From positions 133,920,001 to 133,984,000 of the forward strand of contig OX597818.1 in NCBI GenBank assembly GCA_951406725.2: a stretch of DNA of 64,000 nt, in the 5' to 3' direction. The position numbers and the translations under genes are program-made. The notes under the pieces are model-generated. The model searched no databases, had not been told where the DNA came from, and saw only the letters and a program-made list of their open reading frames with translations. The stretch is from Octopus vulgaris. Its lineage: Eukaryota. Of this stretch, positions 1-11,753 are shown piece by piece. Within the stretch, counting starts at the first letter, position 1, and every line of letters starts with the position of its first letter.

Positions 1-3
1 TTC

Positions 4-4
<1 letters not shown>

Positions 5-49
<45 letters not shown>
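5..49. repeat. (ATT)n microsatellite
   Basis: Seen directly. Confidence 0.95.
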
Positions 50-318
50 TCTCAAGCTAAACTAGTTAGTCATAAATGGAAGTACTTATTTAGGCCCTCT
101 ACTGACTTTTCACAGTCACAATCTGATGAACAAATATTTTGGTTGCTTCTGCAATGTTACAACCCAGCTCAAACTCATAAAGTATAAGTTCCCAAATTAG
201 ACTGTTGCACATTCATCTATGCAGCTTTCAAATCACATACAAAATGAAGCAATGCACGATATGTCAGCACATGAACAAACACAATACTACCACCTTTAGT
301 GGGCACCTTAACTGCTTC

Positions 319-576
319 ACCCCGAAAAGCTCTATCTGCAACGATTTCATCTCAATCGAAGGAGAGCGGCTTTCTCCATCCGGGTTGCGGATCCATGGAA
401 TAAGCTGCCAGATGAGATAGTGAAGATGCCAACGACCGCTCGGTTCAAAGTCTCTCTTGACCAGAAATGGCCTGAACTCTTTGCATGAACATCCTCCCTG
501 TACATAACTCCATGTCCCCCTACATGGCCTTGCTTTTTGCTTTTTGAGCCAAAAAATTAACTTAACTTAACCTAAC
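319..576 (+). mobile_element. CR1-type LINE 3' end, family B, with (TTAAC)n tail
   Basis: HPEKLYLQRFHLNRRRAAFSIRVADPWNKLPDEIVKMPTTARFKVSLDQKWPELFA*. Confidence 0.75.
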
Positions 577-749
577 AGTCACATGATATACATGCTGCAA
601 ACTAGCACAAATGCAAATATTTTGACAGTGTGGTACAGTCAACCACAGTATATGCTATATGAAGAATGAAATGCAATATGGATCACAGCAAGATTGTGTG
701 TATATATATGTTCAATAATGAATTAGAAGCAGTGCTAGTGTTATAAACA

Positions 750-1160
750 TTATTGACCACATATACTCAATGTATGTACCTTGCTTGTTTATGAGTAAGC
801 TGCAATTTGGTGCAGTGGGGATGACTCTCCTCCCTTAGTGTTGGGTGATAAAACACCTGACAGACATAGGCAGGCAAGACAACTTACCTCAAATCCCATT
901 CAGGAGCAATTGGCATCAATGTTTTGCCATTTCTATGGCTTATCAACATCACGTACTGGAACCAAACTAGAGGTGAGTTGAACAATGAAACATCGATGTC
1001 CATCACCCCTGAATGGGATTTGGGGCGAGCTGCCTCACCTTCCTATGACTCTCAGGTGTTTTAATACTCAGTGCTTTGAGGGAGTCATCCCCACTGCACC
1101 AATCGCAACCTACCAGCAAACAAGCAGAGCATAAATATTAAGTATGTGTAGCCATTAATA
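750..1160. repeat. Long imperfect palindrome (fold-back MITE-like, arms about 170 bp)
   Basis: ttggtgcagtggggatgactc / gagtcatccccactgcaccaa, aaaacacctga / tcaggtgtttt and aaatcccattcagg / cctgaatgggattt are nested symmetrically. Confidence 0.75.
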
Positions 1161-1287
1161 TATATATATATATAATCATCATCATCATCATCATCGTTTA
1201 ATGTTCACCTTCCATGTTGGCATAGATTGGACAGTTTGACAGGATCTGGCCAGGCAAAAGACTGCACCAGACTTCTGTGATTGTTTT

Positions 1288-1600
1288 AATAATAATAATG
1301 AAATTATTATATACAGTGCTCAAGTGCACCACAACTTGTCAAAAGTGCATATAAAGTGTATGCAGTAATGTACAAATGTCTGGAAAGTGAACAGTGTATG
1401 AGTCAGATACATGCTTGAGTGTGTATGGAGGGGAGAAAATCAGGTGTAGTGTTGGCGAATCTCAGGAAGCATGGAAGTTTTGAAGGATGCAGTGCTCCAA
1501 CAACTAACAACTGATGCTGGCAGTTTGTTCCATGCTTCAGCAACTCTTAGCATAAAAAAATGTTTCCAAAAGTCATGGGAGCTGTGTTGTTTTCTGACTT
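1288..1600 (-). mobile_element. CR1-type LINE 3' end, family A, nested in an RTE tail
   Basis: [28 protein letters not shown]...; (ATT)n tail; RTE tail resumes at about 1600. Confidence 0.8.
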
Positions 1601-2086
1601 TGGCATGGGTTTTACAGCTGGATGTCCTTCTTAGCACCAACCATCCCGCAGAGCGGTTTATAAGGCAAACATTGGGAATGCTTGTGAATCGAACAAGTGT
1701 GTATATATATCTGCTCACTTAGATATGAAAAACCATAACCTCAAACTTCCTGTGCTTCCTACAACACTGTAACCCAGGTTGAGGCATTCCACTGATAATT
1801 TGCATCATGGGAATAGATATTGTGTACTCAACACTATTCTTAGCAAATTCTGCTAGACACTCAGGAGGTGATTTAATAAGAATATATCATGCTCCAACAA
1901 GCAAATGTGTAATCCTGGTAGTTAATTTCAAGAAACACATATATTTATTATAATACATAAAATACCATACCATATTTTCTGTGCTTAAATTATTGCTATA
2001 TATATATACTTGCCCATGGTACCACACAGCGGATCTGACCCAAGAACTGTGTGGTTGGGAAATAAGCGTCTTACCACACAGCCACA

Positions 2087-2124
<38 letters not shown>

Positions 2125-2126
2125 CA

Positions 2127-2162
<36 letters not shown>

Positions 2163-2168
<6 letters not shown>

Positions 2169-2516
2169 TGAATGAATTATCCTAGTATGGATAATTCGGT
2201 TAACCGATACCCGGGTAGCAAATTCACGTCAGAAAAACATGCTTGAAGCTACATGCCAAGGGCAGAGATCACGTGCTTTCATGTGGAAATTTGTGTGTTT
2301 TTTTTAATACAAATAAATGAAAGAATGGAGTTGAACGACAATTTAAAAGTTTTTGTTCATCATGATGCTGTCATAAGTTCCTTGTCTTTCCTGATGAGAA
2401 GGCGGCATAATGCACCCCTTATTCCTTCGAAATTAGGAATATGCAGTCTTCGAAACATATGTCGAGAATAAAGGAATTTTGTTAAATCGTCGTTCAACTC
2501 CATTCTTTCATTTATT

Positions 2517-2520
<4 letters not shown>
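2163..2520 (+). mobile_element. (TA)n-embedded Penelope-like/retrozyme remnant with a 32-bp perfect inverted repeat (2308-2339 / 2489-2520) enclosing the hammerhead
   Basis: tacaaataaatgaaagaatggagttgaacgac and its exact reverse complement; flanked by (TA)n on both sides. Confidence 0.6.
2376..2478 (+). ncRNA. Type I hammerhead ribozyme (minimal, Penelope/retrozyme-like)
   Basis: CTGATGA at 2391-2397; stem II gaaggcggcat/atgcagtcttc closed by G-C; GAAA at 2452-2455; stem III AC-atat-GT; GTC cleavage triplet at 2461-2463; stem I ttccttgtctttc/gagaataaaggaa (10 of 13 paired). Confidence 0.7.
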
Positions 2521-2549
<29 letters not shown>

Positions 2550-2773
2550 TACAAAATTAGAGAATGGAGAAACATACTTAAATCAGTAAAACATCAACTA
2601 TCCGATGATACTCAATCCTGGATATATATTATCCCATGGTGGGTTGAATTTTCAACCCCTATCTCATTTTATAACCTATATATATATATATATATCATCA
2701 TCATCATCATCGTTTAATGGAATATGGACATTAAACAATGATGGTAATGATGGTAATATACATATATATACAT

Positions 2774-3164
2774 CAGATGTGGCTGTGTGGTAAGAAGCTT
2801 ACTTCCCAATCACATAGTTCTTGGTTCATACCAACTGTGTGACACCATGGGCAAGTGTCTTCTACTATAGCCTTGGGTCGACCAAAGCCTTGTGAGTGGA
2901 TTTGGCTGACGGAAACTGAAAGAAGCCTATCGTATATATGTGTGTGTGTGTGTGTCTTTGTGTCTGTGTTCCCAACCACCACCATCACTGCTTGACAACC
3001 GGTGCTGGTCTGTTTACATCCCTGTAACTTAGCAATTCAGCAAAAGACACCGACAGAAAAAGTACAAGGCTTATAAATAAGTGCTGAGGTTGATTTGTCC
3101 TATTAAAACCCTTCAATCCCAGCATCACCACAGTCAAATGATTGAAACAAGGGAAAAGTAAAAG
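2774..3164 (+). mobile_element. SINE family A
   Basis: Homologous to the 17313 copy. Confidence 0.8.
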
Positions 3165-3317
3165 GTATACATTCATACGCATATATACATGCAATATATA
3201 TACACATACGCATGTGTGCGTGTGTATGTGTGAACATATATAGACATACATGAACATATATAGACATATCTATATATTTATATAAAAGCATATATGTGCA
3301 TATATTTATAAACATAT

Positions 3318-3718
3318 ACTCTTTACTTGTTTCAGTCATTTGACTGCGGCCATGCTGGAGCACCACCTTTAATCGAGCAACTCAACCCCGGGACTTATTC
3401 TTTTGTAAGCCCAGTACTTATTCTATCGGTCTCTTTTACCAAACCGCTAAGTGACGGGGACGTAAACACACCAGCATCGGTTGTCAAGCAATACTAAGGG
3501 GACAAACACAGACACACAAACACATACATATATATATATATATATACATATATACGACGGGCTTCTTTCAGTTTCCGTCTACCAAATCCACTCACAAGGC
3601 ATTGGTCGGCCCGAGGCTATAGCAGAAGACACTTGCCCAAGATGCCACGCAGTGGGACTGAACCCACAACCATGTGGTTGGTTAGCAAACTACTTACCAC
3701 ACAGCCACTCCTGCGCAT
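3318..3718 (-). mobile_element. SINE family A
   Basis: Homologous to the 17313 copy. Confidence 0.85.
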
Positions 3719-4208
3719 ATATATTTATGAACAATATACATTATATTTATATGTAATATATTTATTTTTCTCTCTTTATATATCTATATATAGAGAGAGA
3801 AGGGGGAGATAGAGAAAGAGAGAGAGAGACTGATAGACAGACAGACAAATTGTATACGAATATTAAGTGGAAAGTAAGAAAGACAAATCTCTAATAAGTA
3901 GGCCTTATTATCTCCCTTGCTAGATAAGGGGAAACTACTACTCTATCAGAGTTATTTCCCTTTAAATTTCGTTGTTGCAAGTCAGGCACATTTAATTGAC
4001 GCTCCACAACAATTAATTCCCAACTTCTAAATAAATTTCCACTTTAATCACATTTGAACTCGAAGCTGGTCCCTCTATGACCTAAATCGTATAGACAAGT
4101 AAGAAATTTAAACGAGCAATATCAACAAAATTTTCTGCATTTAAATATTTTATTAGTTTGTAAAACTAAATTGACCTTTCCTTGTGGACATAATTCAAGG
4201 AGGATAAA

Positions 4209-4590
4209 AATAATAATAATAATGAAATTATTGTATACAGTGCTCAGATGCACCACAACTTGTCAGAAAGTGCATATAAAGTACATGCAGTAATGTAAAA
4301 ATTTCTGGAAAGCGAACAATTTATGAGTCAGATAAATGCTTGTGTGTGTATGGAGGGGAGAAAATCAGGTGTAGTGTTGGCGAATCTCAGAAAGCATGGA
4401 AGTTTTGAAGGATGCAGTGCTCCGACAACTAACAACTGATGCCGGCAGTTTGTTCCATGCTTCAGCAACTCTCAGCGTGAAAAAATGTTTCCTGAAGTCA
4501 TGGGAGCTGTTCTGTTTTCTTACTTTGTAAATATGTCCACAGGTGTTAGATGGGTGGAGTTTGAAAAGGTGCTCAGAGTTATTGTTTAAA
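4209..4590 (-). mobile_element. CR1-type LINE 3' end, family A
   Basis: [20 protein letters not shown]...[10 protein letters not shown]. Confidence 0.82.
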
Positions 4591-4846
4591 AACATTTTAT
4601 AAAAACTATAACACTGCTAATAAGCATGTCATTATTTCTGCACTTAGCTAAAATATGGAAGAAGGGGCCTAATTGGTTTAACTCCTTTGCTTACCATATT
4701 TCTGTTACAATCCAGTGCCTTTGTTACAATTAATTTTGAAAATAAGGTAGAATTTAAAATATTTTCGTCATTACTAAGCTGGTGTTTGAAATAAATTAAT
4801 ATGAAATTTTGATTGAGTATTTAATTTAGATTATCTTAAAACATGA

Positions 4847-5245
4847 TACTCCTTACTCTTTTATTTGTTTCAGTCATTTGACTGCAGCCTTGCTGGAGCA
4901 CCGCCTTTAATCGAGCAACTCGACCCCGGGACTTATTCTTTTGTAAGCCCAGTACTTATTCTATTGGTCTCTTTTGCCGAACCGCTAAGTGACAGGGACA
5001 TAAACACACCAGCATCGGTTGTCAAGCAATGCTAGGAGGACAAACACAGACACACAAACATATATATATATATATATACATATATACGACGGGCTTCTTT
5101 CAGTTTCCGTCTACCAAATCCACCCACTAGGCTTTGGTCGGTCCAAGGATATAGTAGAAGACACTTGCCCAAGGTGCCACGCAGTGGGACTGAACCCGGA
5201 ACCATGTGGTTGGTAAGCAAGCTACTTACCACACAGCCACTCCTG
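4847..5245 (-). mobile_element. SINE family A
   Basis: Homologous to the 17313 copy. Confidence 0.85.
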
Positions 5246-5847
5246 TTTCCATTAACTATATTGCAGGAACACCTTTCCTATTAATGTAACAAATAAATTA
5301 TGTTCTTGTAACATAAACATCGGATCTAAAATATTGGTAGAAGTGGGGAAAATAGAGTTGTGGTTTTCATAATTTCCTTAGAATGGCAAGTTAGGGATCA
5401 ACAATGACCAAGAATTTAGAGAACAAATCTAGTGTTCCATGTGGGATCACATGCTATTAACCACTACATGTCAAAATGTAAAATGAAATTCCCAATTAGA
5501 CAGAGGATAGCATATTTAGAACTATGAATTAACTATGTGCATGCAATAATTCTGTGTGGTCAGGACTCACATAGGCCTACAGAACTTGGTGAACCAAAAA
5601 CGAACCCACTAATATGGCTGCTCTTGTCTAACTTCTTGAAAGAAGCCCACATTGGATAATGTGATCACAGATACACTGTGTCTGAAAGAAAGACGGATGG
5701 ATTATGGCAGAACACTTGATCTGTACATGGAGTGGGGCTAAATAACAACCATAAAATTGAAAGGAATTAATTTCACCAAACTCAACTCACTCTCGAGACA
5801 TACTATGGGAATATGTATTCACTGATTTCCCAATGTCCCAAAAGGGA

Positions 5848-6654
5848 TGTAACAGGATCTGGAATCGGTATCACTGAAGGGGTGTCCAATCTGATCCCGT
5901 CACATTCAATTTAGTTAAATACTAGCAGTATCGCCCGGCGTTGCTCAGGTTTGTAAGGGAAATAACTATAAAGCATTTTTAGAGAGTTATAGCCAAAAAA
6001 TAGCAAAAAAATGGAAAAAAATGATGGTAAATTTTTTCTGATAGTTAAAAAAGGTCGAGTTGCGTCCCCTACACAGTTTGTGGTTTGTGTTCCTGATTCT
6101 CGACCCCATGTCGAATTTATCGATTTTTTTCAGAACTGGGGGAACTTTTCAAAATTTTCTCTGCGTTAGTTTTGAATTATGACATTGGGCTATGTGTGTG
6201 TCAAGTTTCATCAGAATCGGTTGAAAGCCGTGGTCAGGGTGAGGGTACAAGCAAACAGACACACAGAAACACGCACAGACAAACTGCCGTTTATATATAG
6301 AGAGAGATAACAGATGAAGTCAGGTTATCTGGGAAAGACAGCAAATTGTGGTTTATTACTTGTGATGGTGTACGTATTTTCTGAGGGGAAACGACAGCCG
6401 AATCTTTGTACTGCTTCTTGTTGGTTGATTGAAGTGATTCGATGTGGTCCGTTGCTAAGCCGGTGTAGAGTTCTCAGAGACTTCTAATGCACATCTGTTC
6501 ACGAGCGCTGTTGGGGCCAGAGAGAGTGAGTGAGTGGACTGTGCCTTAGGGGTCAGTTTCCCGCACATGCGCATGGAGAAGACTTCCGGTGGCCACCCGG
6601 AAGTAGTCCCATTCTGCGCATGCGCACTGAACCTTACACAGTAGCATCACTACA
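5848..6654 (-). mobile_element. Solo LTR (Gypsy-like, about 420 bp net) with a nested Helitron
   Basis: TGTA...TACA termini; GGGA 4-bp TSD at 5844-5847 and 6655-6658; AATAAA on the minus strand at 6352-6357; NRF1/ETS motifs near the minus-strand 5' end. Confidence 0.7.
5922..6307 (-). mobile_element. Non-autonomous Helitron
   Basis: Minus strand 5' TC(TC)nTATATA start, subterminal GC hairpin and CTAG 3' end, inserted between A and T; 5' part shared with the copy at 52119. Confidence 0.75.
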
Positions 6655-6709
6655 GGGACATTTATTATTACTGATAACTAATTAAAAAATTTCAAATGAT
6701 TATACTTAC

Positions 6710-6940
6710 TTCAATCAAGGGATATGAAATTTCATTATATATCTGTTCAGTTACAGAATCTCTATCATATGCTCCATCAAAAGTGAATATTTTAGGCGGG
6801 GACGACTCATCCGCGGGATTGTTAAGAATGCATTGTGCTCGAGTTGCATCAATCTTCACTACTGTTTTACAGTTGAGATTATTTTCCCTCTCGTTCATTG
6901 GACGACAGCGAACTATTACTTTCACACATTCAGCAGACAT
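6710..6940 (-). CDS. KIF17: Kinesin-2 family motor KIF17/OSM-3, first coding exon (77 aa); gene continues beyond the left edge
   Basis: MSAECVKVIVRCRPMNERE...PPKIFTFDGAY...TEQIYNEISYPLIE closely resembles the KIF17 N-terminus (MASEAVKVVVRCRPMN...FTFDGAY...TEQIYNEIAYPLVE). Ends at GAA|gtaagt. An upstream acceptor ttctattctcag at 6969-6970 leaves 28 nt of UTR in this exon. Confidence 0.9.
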
Positions 6941-7369
6941 CTTGAATAGTATTTAACAGTGATAAGTCCTGAGAATAGAAAATACAAATATGTAAGAATC
7001 TTATCAAGAATGATTTCTTAGCTGCCACATGGCCACAAATTTTGAGGAAGAGATGTAGTCATGTCATTTTAAATATAAATATATATATAGAGAGAGAGAG
7101 AGCAGTGAGGGAGAGAGAGAGAGAGAGACACAATACACACATATATATCATCATCATCATCATTTGGCATCTGCTTTCCATACTAGCATGGGTTAGATGG
7201 TTTGACTGAAACTGGTAAGCCAGAAAGCTGCACCAAGTCCCAGTCTGATTTGGCATGGTTTCTATAGCTGGATGCCCTTCCTAACACCAACCACTCCAAG
7301 AATATAATGGGTGCTTTTTATGTGCCACCAGACATGATTACAATTTCACATATATACACACATATATAT

Positions 7370-9600
7370 AGTGTAGACTGTTGGAAGAAAGAGTACTCAA
7401 CAGCATAGTAGGCATCAATAATTATTTTATTTTGGTCAAGTCATTTTCTTTCTGTGGTATATGGACAACTTCTGTCTTCTTTAGCTTTATTCTCATCCAA
7501 AAAGCTTGGCAATTTCTACAAATCAGAATGTTATAAGCTGCAGAACTCTATGTGAGTAATAAGAGCAGTACTGTCAGCAAACAGTAGCCCCTGGATGAGT
7601 TGCTTTAATGTCTTTATGTGGGACTGTAGTCACTTCAGGTTGAGCAGGTTGTCATCAAGGCAGTATCATAAGTAGGAAATGTTCTTTTCTGTGGCTCTTA
7701 TGAGTATCATGCTGAAGAAGATTGTGATAAGAGTTGGTGTGAGAATGCAGCTTTGCTTTACAGCATTTCCTGATAAGAAGGTCTCTGTGAGTTCATAGGC
7801 CATGATGATCTTCATGTAACTGGATGACTCAGCAGACAAATTAAGGGTTACTCATTTCAAGTCAGTGAATCATCTACCACAGACCATTCTTGCTCATTGT
7901 GTTGCATGCTATGATAAAAACAAGAAGCTTTGTGTGCACTCTCTTGTCCTAACCACTTCAATTCTTGTTGGTTCTGAAATACCACTGATCCTTTAGAAGG
8001 TTTTCTTTTGCATTGATGGGCACCATCTGTTCAAAAGTACTTTTGTGAAAAAATTTTCCCCAGAAAAAGGGGAGTAGTGTTACTCTCCATCCATGCAGCA
8101 GTTGGGTTTTTCTTCTTCATATACAGAGCGATAATAGTTGTATCACAGAGGTTCTACGTTAGCTTGCCTTGTTCCTTCCCAACAGCAATCAAAGAAGTTT
8201 AGTGTACAATGCCAGGTCACTGTCCTTCAAAATATCTAGTGGGATTCCATCAATACCTACTACCTTCCCATTTTTCAGCAGCTTTTTGCTCCTGATAGTC
8301 TCTTCTAGATTTGGAATCTTAACCAATTCAATTTTTTCTGGCTACACACACACACACACACACACATACATATTGCAGGTTCACTATTGGCTGATGAGTA
8401 CAATTAGAAAGGGCAGGCATTTCCACAATGGCTGTAAGAGAAATTCTATTCTGAGTTCAGTTTCAATGCTGATACAGCATGGTCCTTCTTTCAATCCCTT
8501 TTATGGCCAACCTTAGATATATTCTTGAAGATACACTAATAAATGGCATGTCGTTGCACTCAGAAGCACTGCTGACTGGTGATACACTAATGAGTGAAGA
8601 TACACTAATGAATGGTGTGCCCTTGTGATTTGAAGCAAGAGCAGACCACTGGCAAAACTCAATATAATAATAATAATAATAATGAAATTATTGTATACAG
8701 TGCTCAGGTGCACCACAACTTGTCAGAAAGTGCATATAAAGTACATGCAGTAATGTAGAAATGTCTGGAAAGTGAACATGCTTGTGTGTGTATGGAGGGG
8801 AGAAAATCAAGTGTAGTGTTGGCGAATCTCAGGAAGCATGGAAGTCTTGAAGGATGCAGTGCTCCGACAACTAACAACCGATGCCGGCAGTTTGTTCCAC
8901 GCTTCAGCAACTCTCAGCGTGAAAAAATGTTTCCTGAAGTCATGGGAGCTGTGCTGTTTTCTTACTTTGTAAATATGTCCACGGGTGTTAGATGGGTGGG
9001 GTTTGAAGAGGTGCTCAGAGTTATTGTTTGTGCGATGGTTGATAATTTTATGGGTGTCTGCCAAGTCAGCTGCCAGACGTCGGAGTTTCAATGTGTCCAT
9101 GCCCAGGGAAGTAAGGCGTTCAGGATGACAGGCACCAAGAGATTTCTTCAGAGATCTCTTGTTTCAAACCTTCAATATTTCTCTGCTACATCGTCAGTAG
9201 CAAGTTTTCCATTCAGTAGAATCTCAAACAGATGATAACTTGCTATTCTGGATCCATTCCCCTACCCAGCAGGTTGGTGACATCTGCCTGTTTGAAGACT
9301 TCGTAGTTTGTGATGAAGTCACTATAATGAATGTTAAAGATGGAGGAGAGGTAGTGAAATGCACTCAATAAGTCGTCAAGGGAACAGACCAGATGGAAAA
9401 CAACAGACAACAAGAAGTAGAAATTAGATGTCAAAGATGCAAAGAGCAATTCGTACTTCTTCACCCCCCACTAACCCTCCTCTGTGATAAATGCCCCCAG
9501 CTCTTATATAACACCCATGACCTAAACAACCTCCTCATGCACTGGCACCCTTTGCACTCATCAGGACAAAGAGGCTCAGTCACTCGCAAGAGTTAACGCT
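7370..9600 (-). mobile_element. Old degenerate RTE (BovB-like) LINE, interrupted by a CR1-type insertion
   Basis: Minus-strand remnants NAVKQSCILTPTLITIFFSMIL (about 7710-7770; RT GVKQGC motif) and GLLFADSTAL; many stops and frameshifts. Confidence 0.6.
8666..9125 (-). mobile_element. CR1-type LINE 3' end, family A
   Basis: TLKLRRLAADLADTHKII...TRGHIYK...WNKLP. Confidence 0.85.
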
Positions 9601-9750
9601 GCCAATGATGTCAAAGAAGGTGACAGTTGATAATTCACAACTCAGAGCAGTACAAAAAGAGCATACAACACTAACAAATAACTATTTCCTGCCAATGAAC
9701 ACAGAAAAGGAAAATGTATAACAGTGCAAGGAAATAAAGACAAAATGAAG

Positions 9751-10171
9751 ATAGGTGCAGGCGTGGCTGTGTAGTAAGAAGCTTGCTTCCCAACCACATG
9801 ATTCCAGGGCCAGTCCCTCTACACAACACCTTGGACAAGTGTCTTCTACTATAGTCTCGGGCTGACCGAAGCCTGATGAGTGAATTTGGCAGACGGAAAC
9901 TGAAAGAAGCCTGTTATATATATATTTATATATCTATGTGCATGTGTCTTTGTGTCTGTGTTTGTCCCCCACCACCACCATCACCACTTGACAACCGGTG
10001 TTGGTGTGTTTACATCCCTGTAACTTATATTTCAGCAAAAGAGACTGAGAGAATAAATACTAGGCTTTAAAAATAAGTCCTGGGGTCGATTTAATTCGGC
10101 TAAAGCCCCTCAAGGTGGTGCTCCAGCATGGCCGCAGTCAAATGACTGAAATAAATAAAAGAATGAAAGAA
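9751..10171 (+). mobile_element. SINE family A (older)
   Basis: Homologous to the 17313 copy. Confidence 0.8.
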
Positions 10172-10426
10172 TATAGCAAAATTTCCAAAATGGCAACAAA
10201 ATGTTGAAATTTTTGCCGTAACACTCTGATACGAGCCTGTTTCTGTAGTTTAGATTGAAAAATTTTAAGCGTATGAGAGTGTGTGTGAGAGAGAATCACC
10301 ACCACCATCACCATCATTCATGTACAGAGGAGTTAACTCTCTTACTGCAAAGATCAGATATATCCACTCAAAATTTTATTATCCTTAACTGCAGAAAGCA
10401 GTGTCATATTTCAAACATTTGATTTA

Positions 10427-10836
10427 TTCTCTTTTACTCTTTTACTCTTATACTTGTTTCAGTCATTTGACTGCGGCCATGCTGGAGCACCGCCTTTAGT
10501 CGAGCAAATCGACCCCGGGACTTATTCTTTGTAAGCCCAGTACTTATTCTATCGGTCTCTTTTGCCGAACCGCTAAGTTACGGGGACGTAAACACACCAG
10601 CATCGGTTGTCAAGCAATGCTAGGGGGACAAACACAGACACACAAACATATACACACACATATATATATATATATACATATATACGACAGGCTTCTTTCA
10701 GTTTCCGTCTACCAAATCCACTCACAAGGCATTGGTCGGCCCGAGGCTATAGCAGAAGACACTTGCCCAAGATACCACGCAGTGGGACTGAACCCGGAAC
10801 CATGTGGTTGGTTAGCAAGCTACTTACCACACAGCA
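10427..10836 (-). mobile_element. SINE family A inside a TTAA-bounded MITE (about 10333-10952)
   Basis: Homologous to the 17313 copy; flanks ttaactct...agagttaa. Confidence 0.8.
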
Positions 10837-11357
10837 AATTTTTTTTTTTGAAAAATGATAAGTTTATTAAGTTGCAGAAAATATCAATTTTTTTTTGGTA
10901 GATATTCATAATAGGAATAACCATAAAATTTAATTCGCTGTGAAAGAGTTAAAATTGGACTGATCACCTGGAAACTAACATAGCCTCGCTGATACATACA
11001 GGGGAGGCAACTGTGTTAATACACGTATTAATACGAAGAAATTAAAGCTTACTTGGAGAAAAAGAGCTGTGAATGAAATAAGTTAGAGTAATCGAACTGA
11101 AATTAGTTTAAATATTACAAATTTTTAAATATGCGAGAAATAAGAATGTAAACACGTTCTGTCTATGCTATTGATGTTTGATAAAAAAAAAAAGGAGAGA
11201 GAAATTACGTGTTTATATTTTTATTTCACTTACATAAAATCTTATATATTATGCAACCCACAAAAAGATATTTATTCTAAATAACCAGAGTTATATTTTA
11301 GTTCAAATAATAACAACCACAGACCCCAATATTCAATTTATTCATTTTTTCCCAATT

Positions 11358-11753
11358 AATCGAAATCGAAATCGGAATCGAACCAATCCTATGACTGGCA
11401 CCTGGCAGATGCCAGGTCCCCTGGACTGGAGATACGTAAAAAGCACTATCCGAATCGTAGCCGATGCCAGCGCCGCCTCGACTGGCTTCCGTGTCGGTGG
11501 CACATAAAATGCACCAATCCGACCATGGCCGTTGCCAGCCTTGCCTGGCTCTAGTGCAGGTGGCACGTAAAAAGCACCCACTATACTCACGGAGTGGTTG
11601 GCGTTAGGAAGGGCATCCAGCTGTAGAAACATTGCCAGATAAGACCGGAGCCTGGTGCAGCCTTCTGGCTTCCCAGATCCCCGGTCGAACCGTCCAACCC
11701 ATGCTAGCATGGAGAAAGGACGTTAAACGATGATGATGATGATGATGATGATG
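11358..11753 (+). mobile_element. RTE LINE 3' end (young subfamily)
   Basis: Matches the 3'UTR of the 43553 element; (GAT)n tail. Confidence 0.8.

Noticed and set aside
1-6709. KIF17 exon 2 (GYNGTIFAYGQTG P-loop)
   Set aside because: Not found in the window; presumably beyond the left edge.
6696-6956. Plus-strand 86-aa ORF
   Set aside because: Antisense shadow of the KIF17 exon.
8391-8415. Other CTGATGA matches (8391, 9873, 13006, 37991)
   Set aside because: No paired stem II plus GAAA and NUH geometry.
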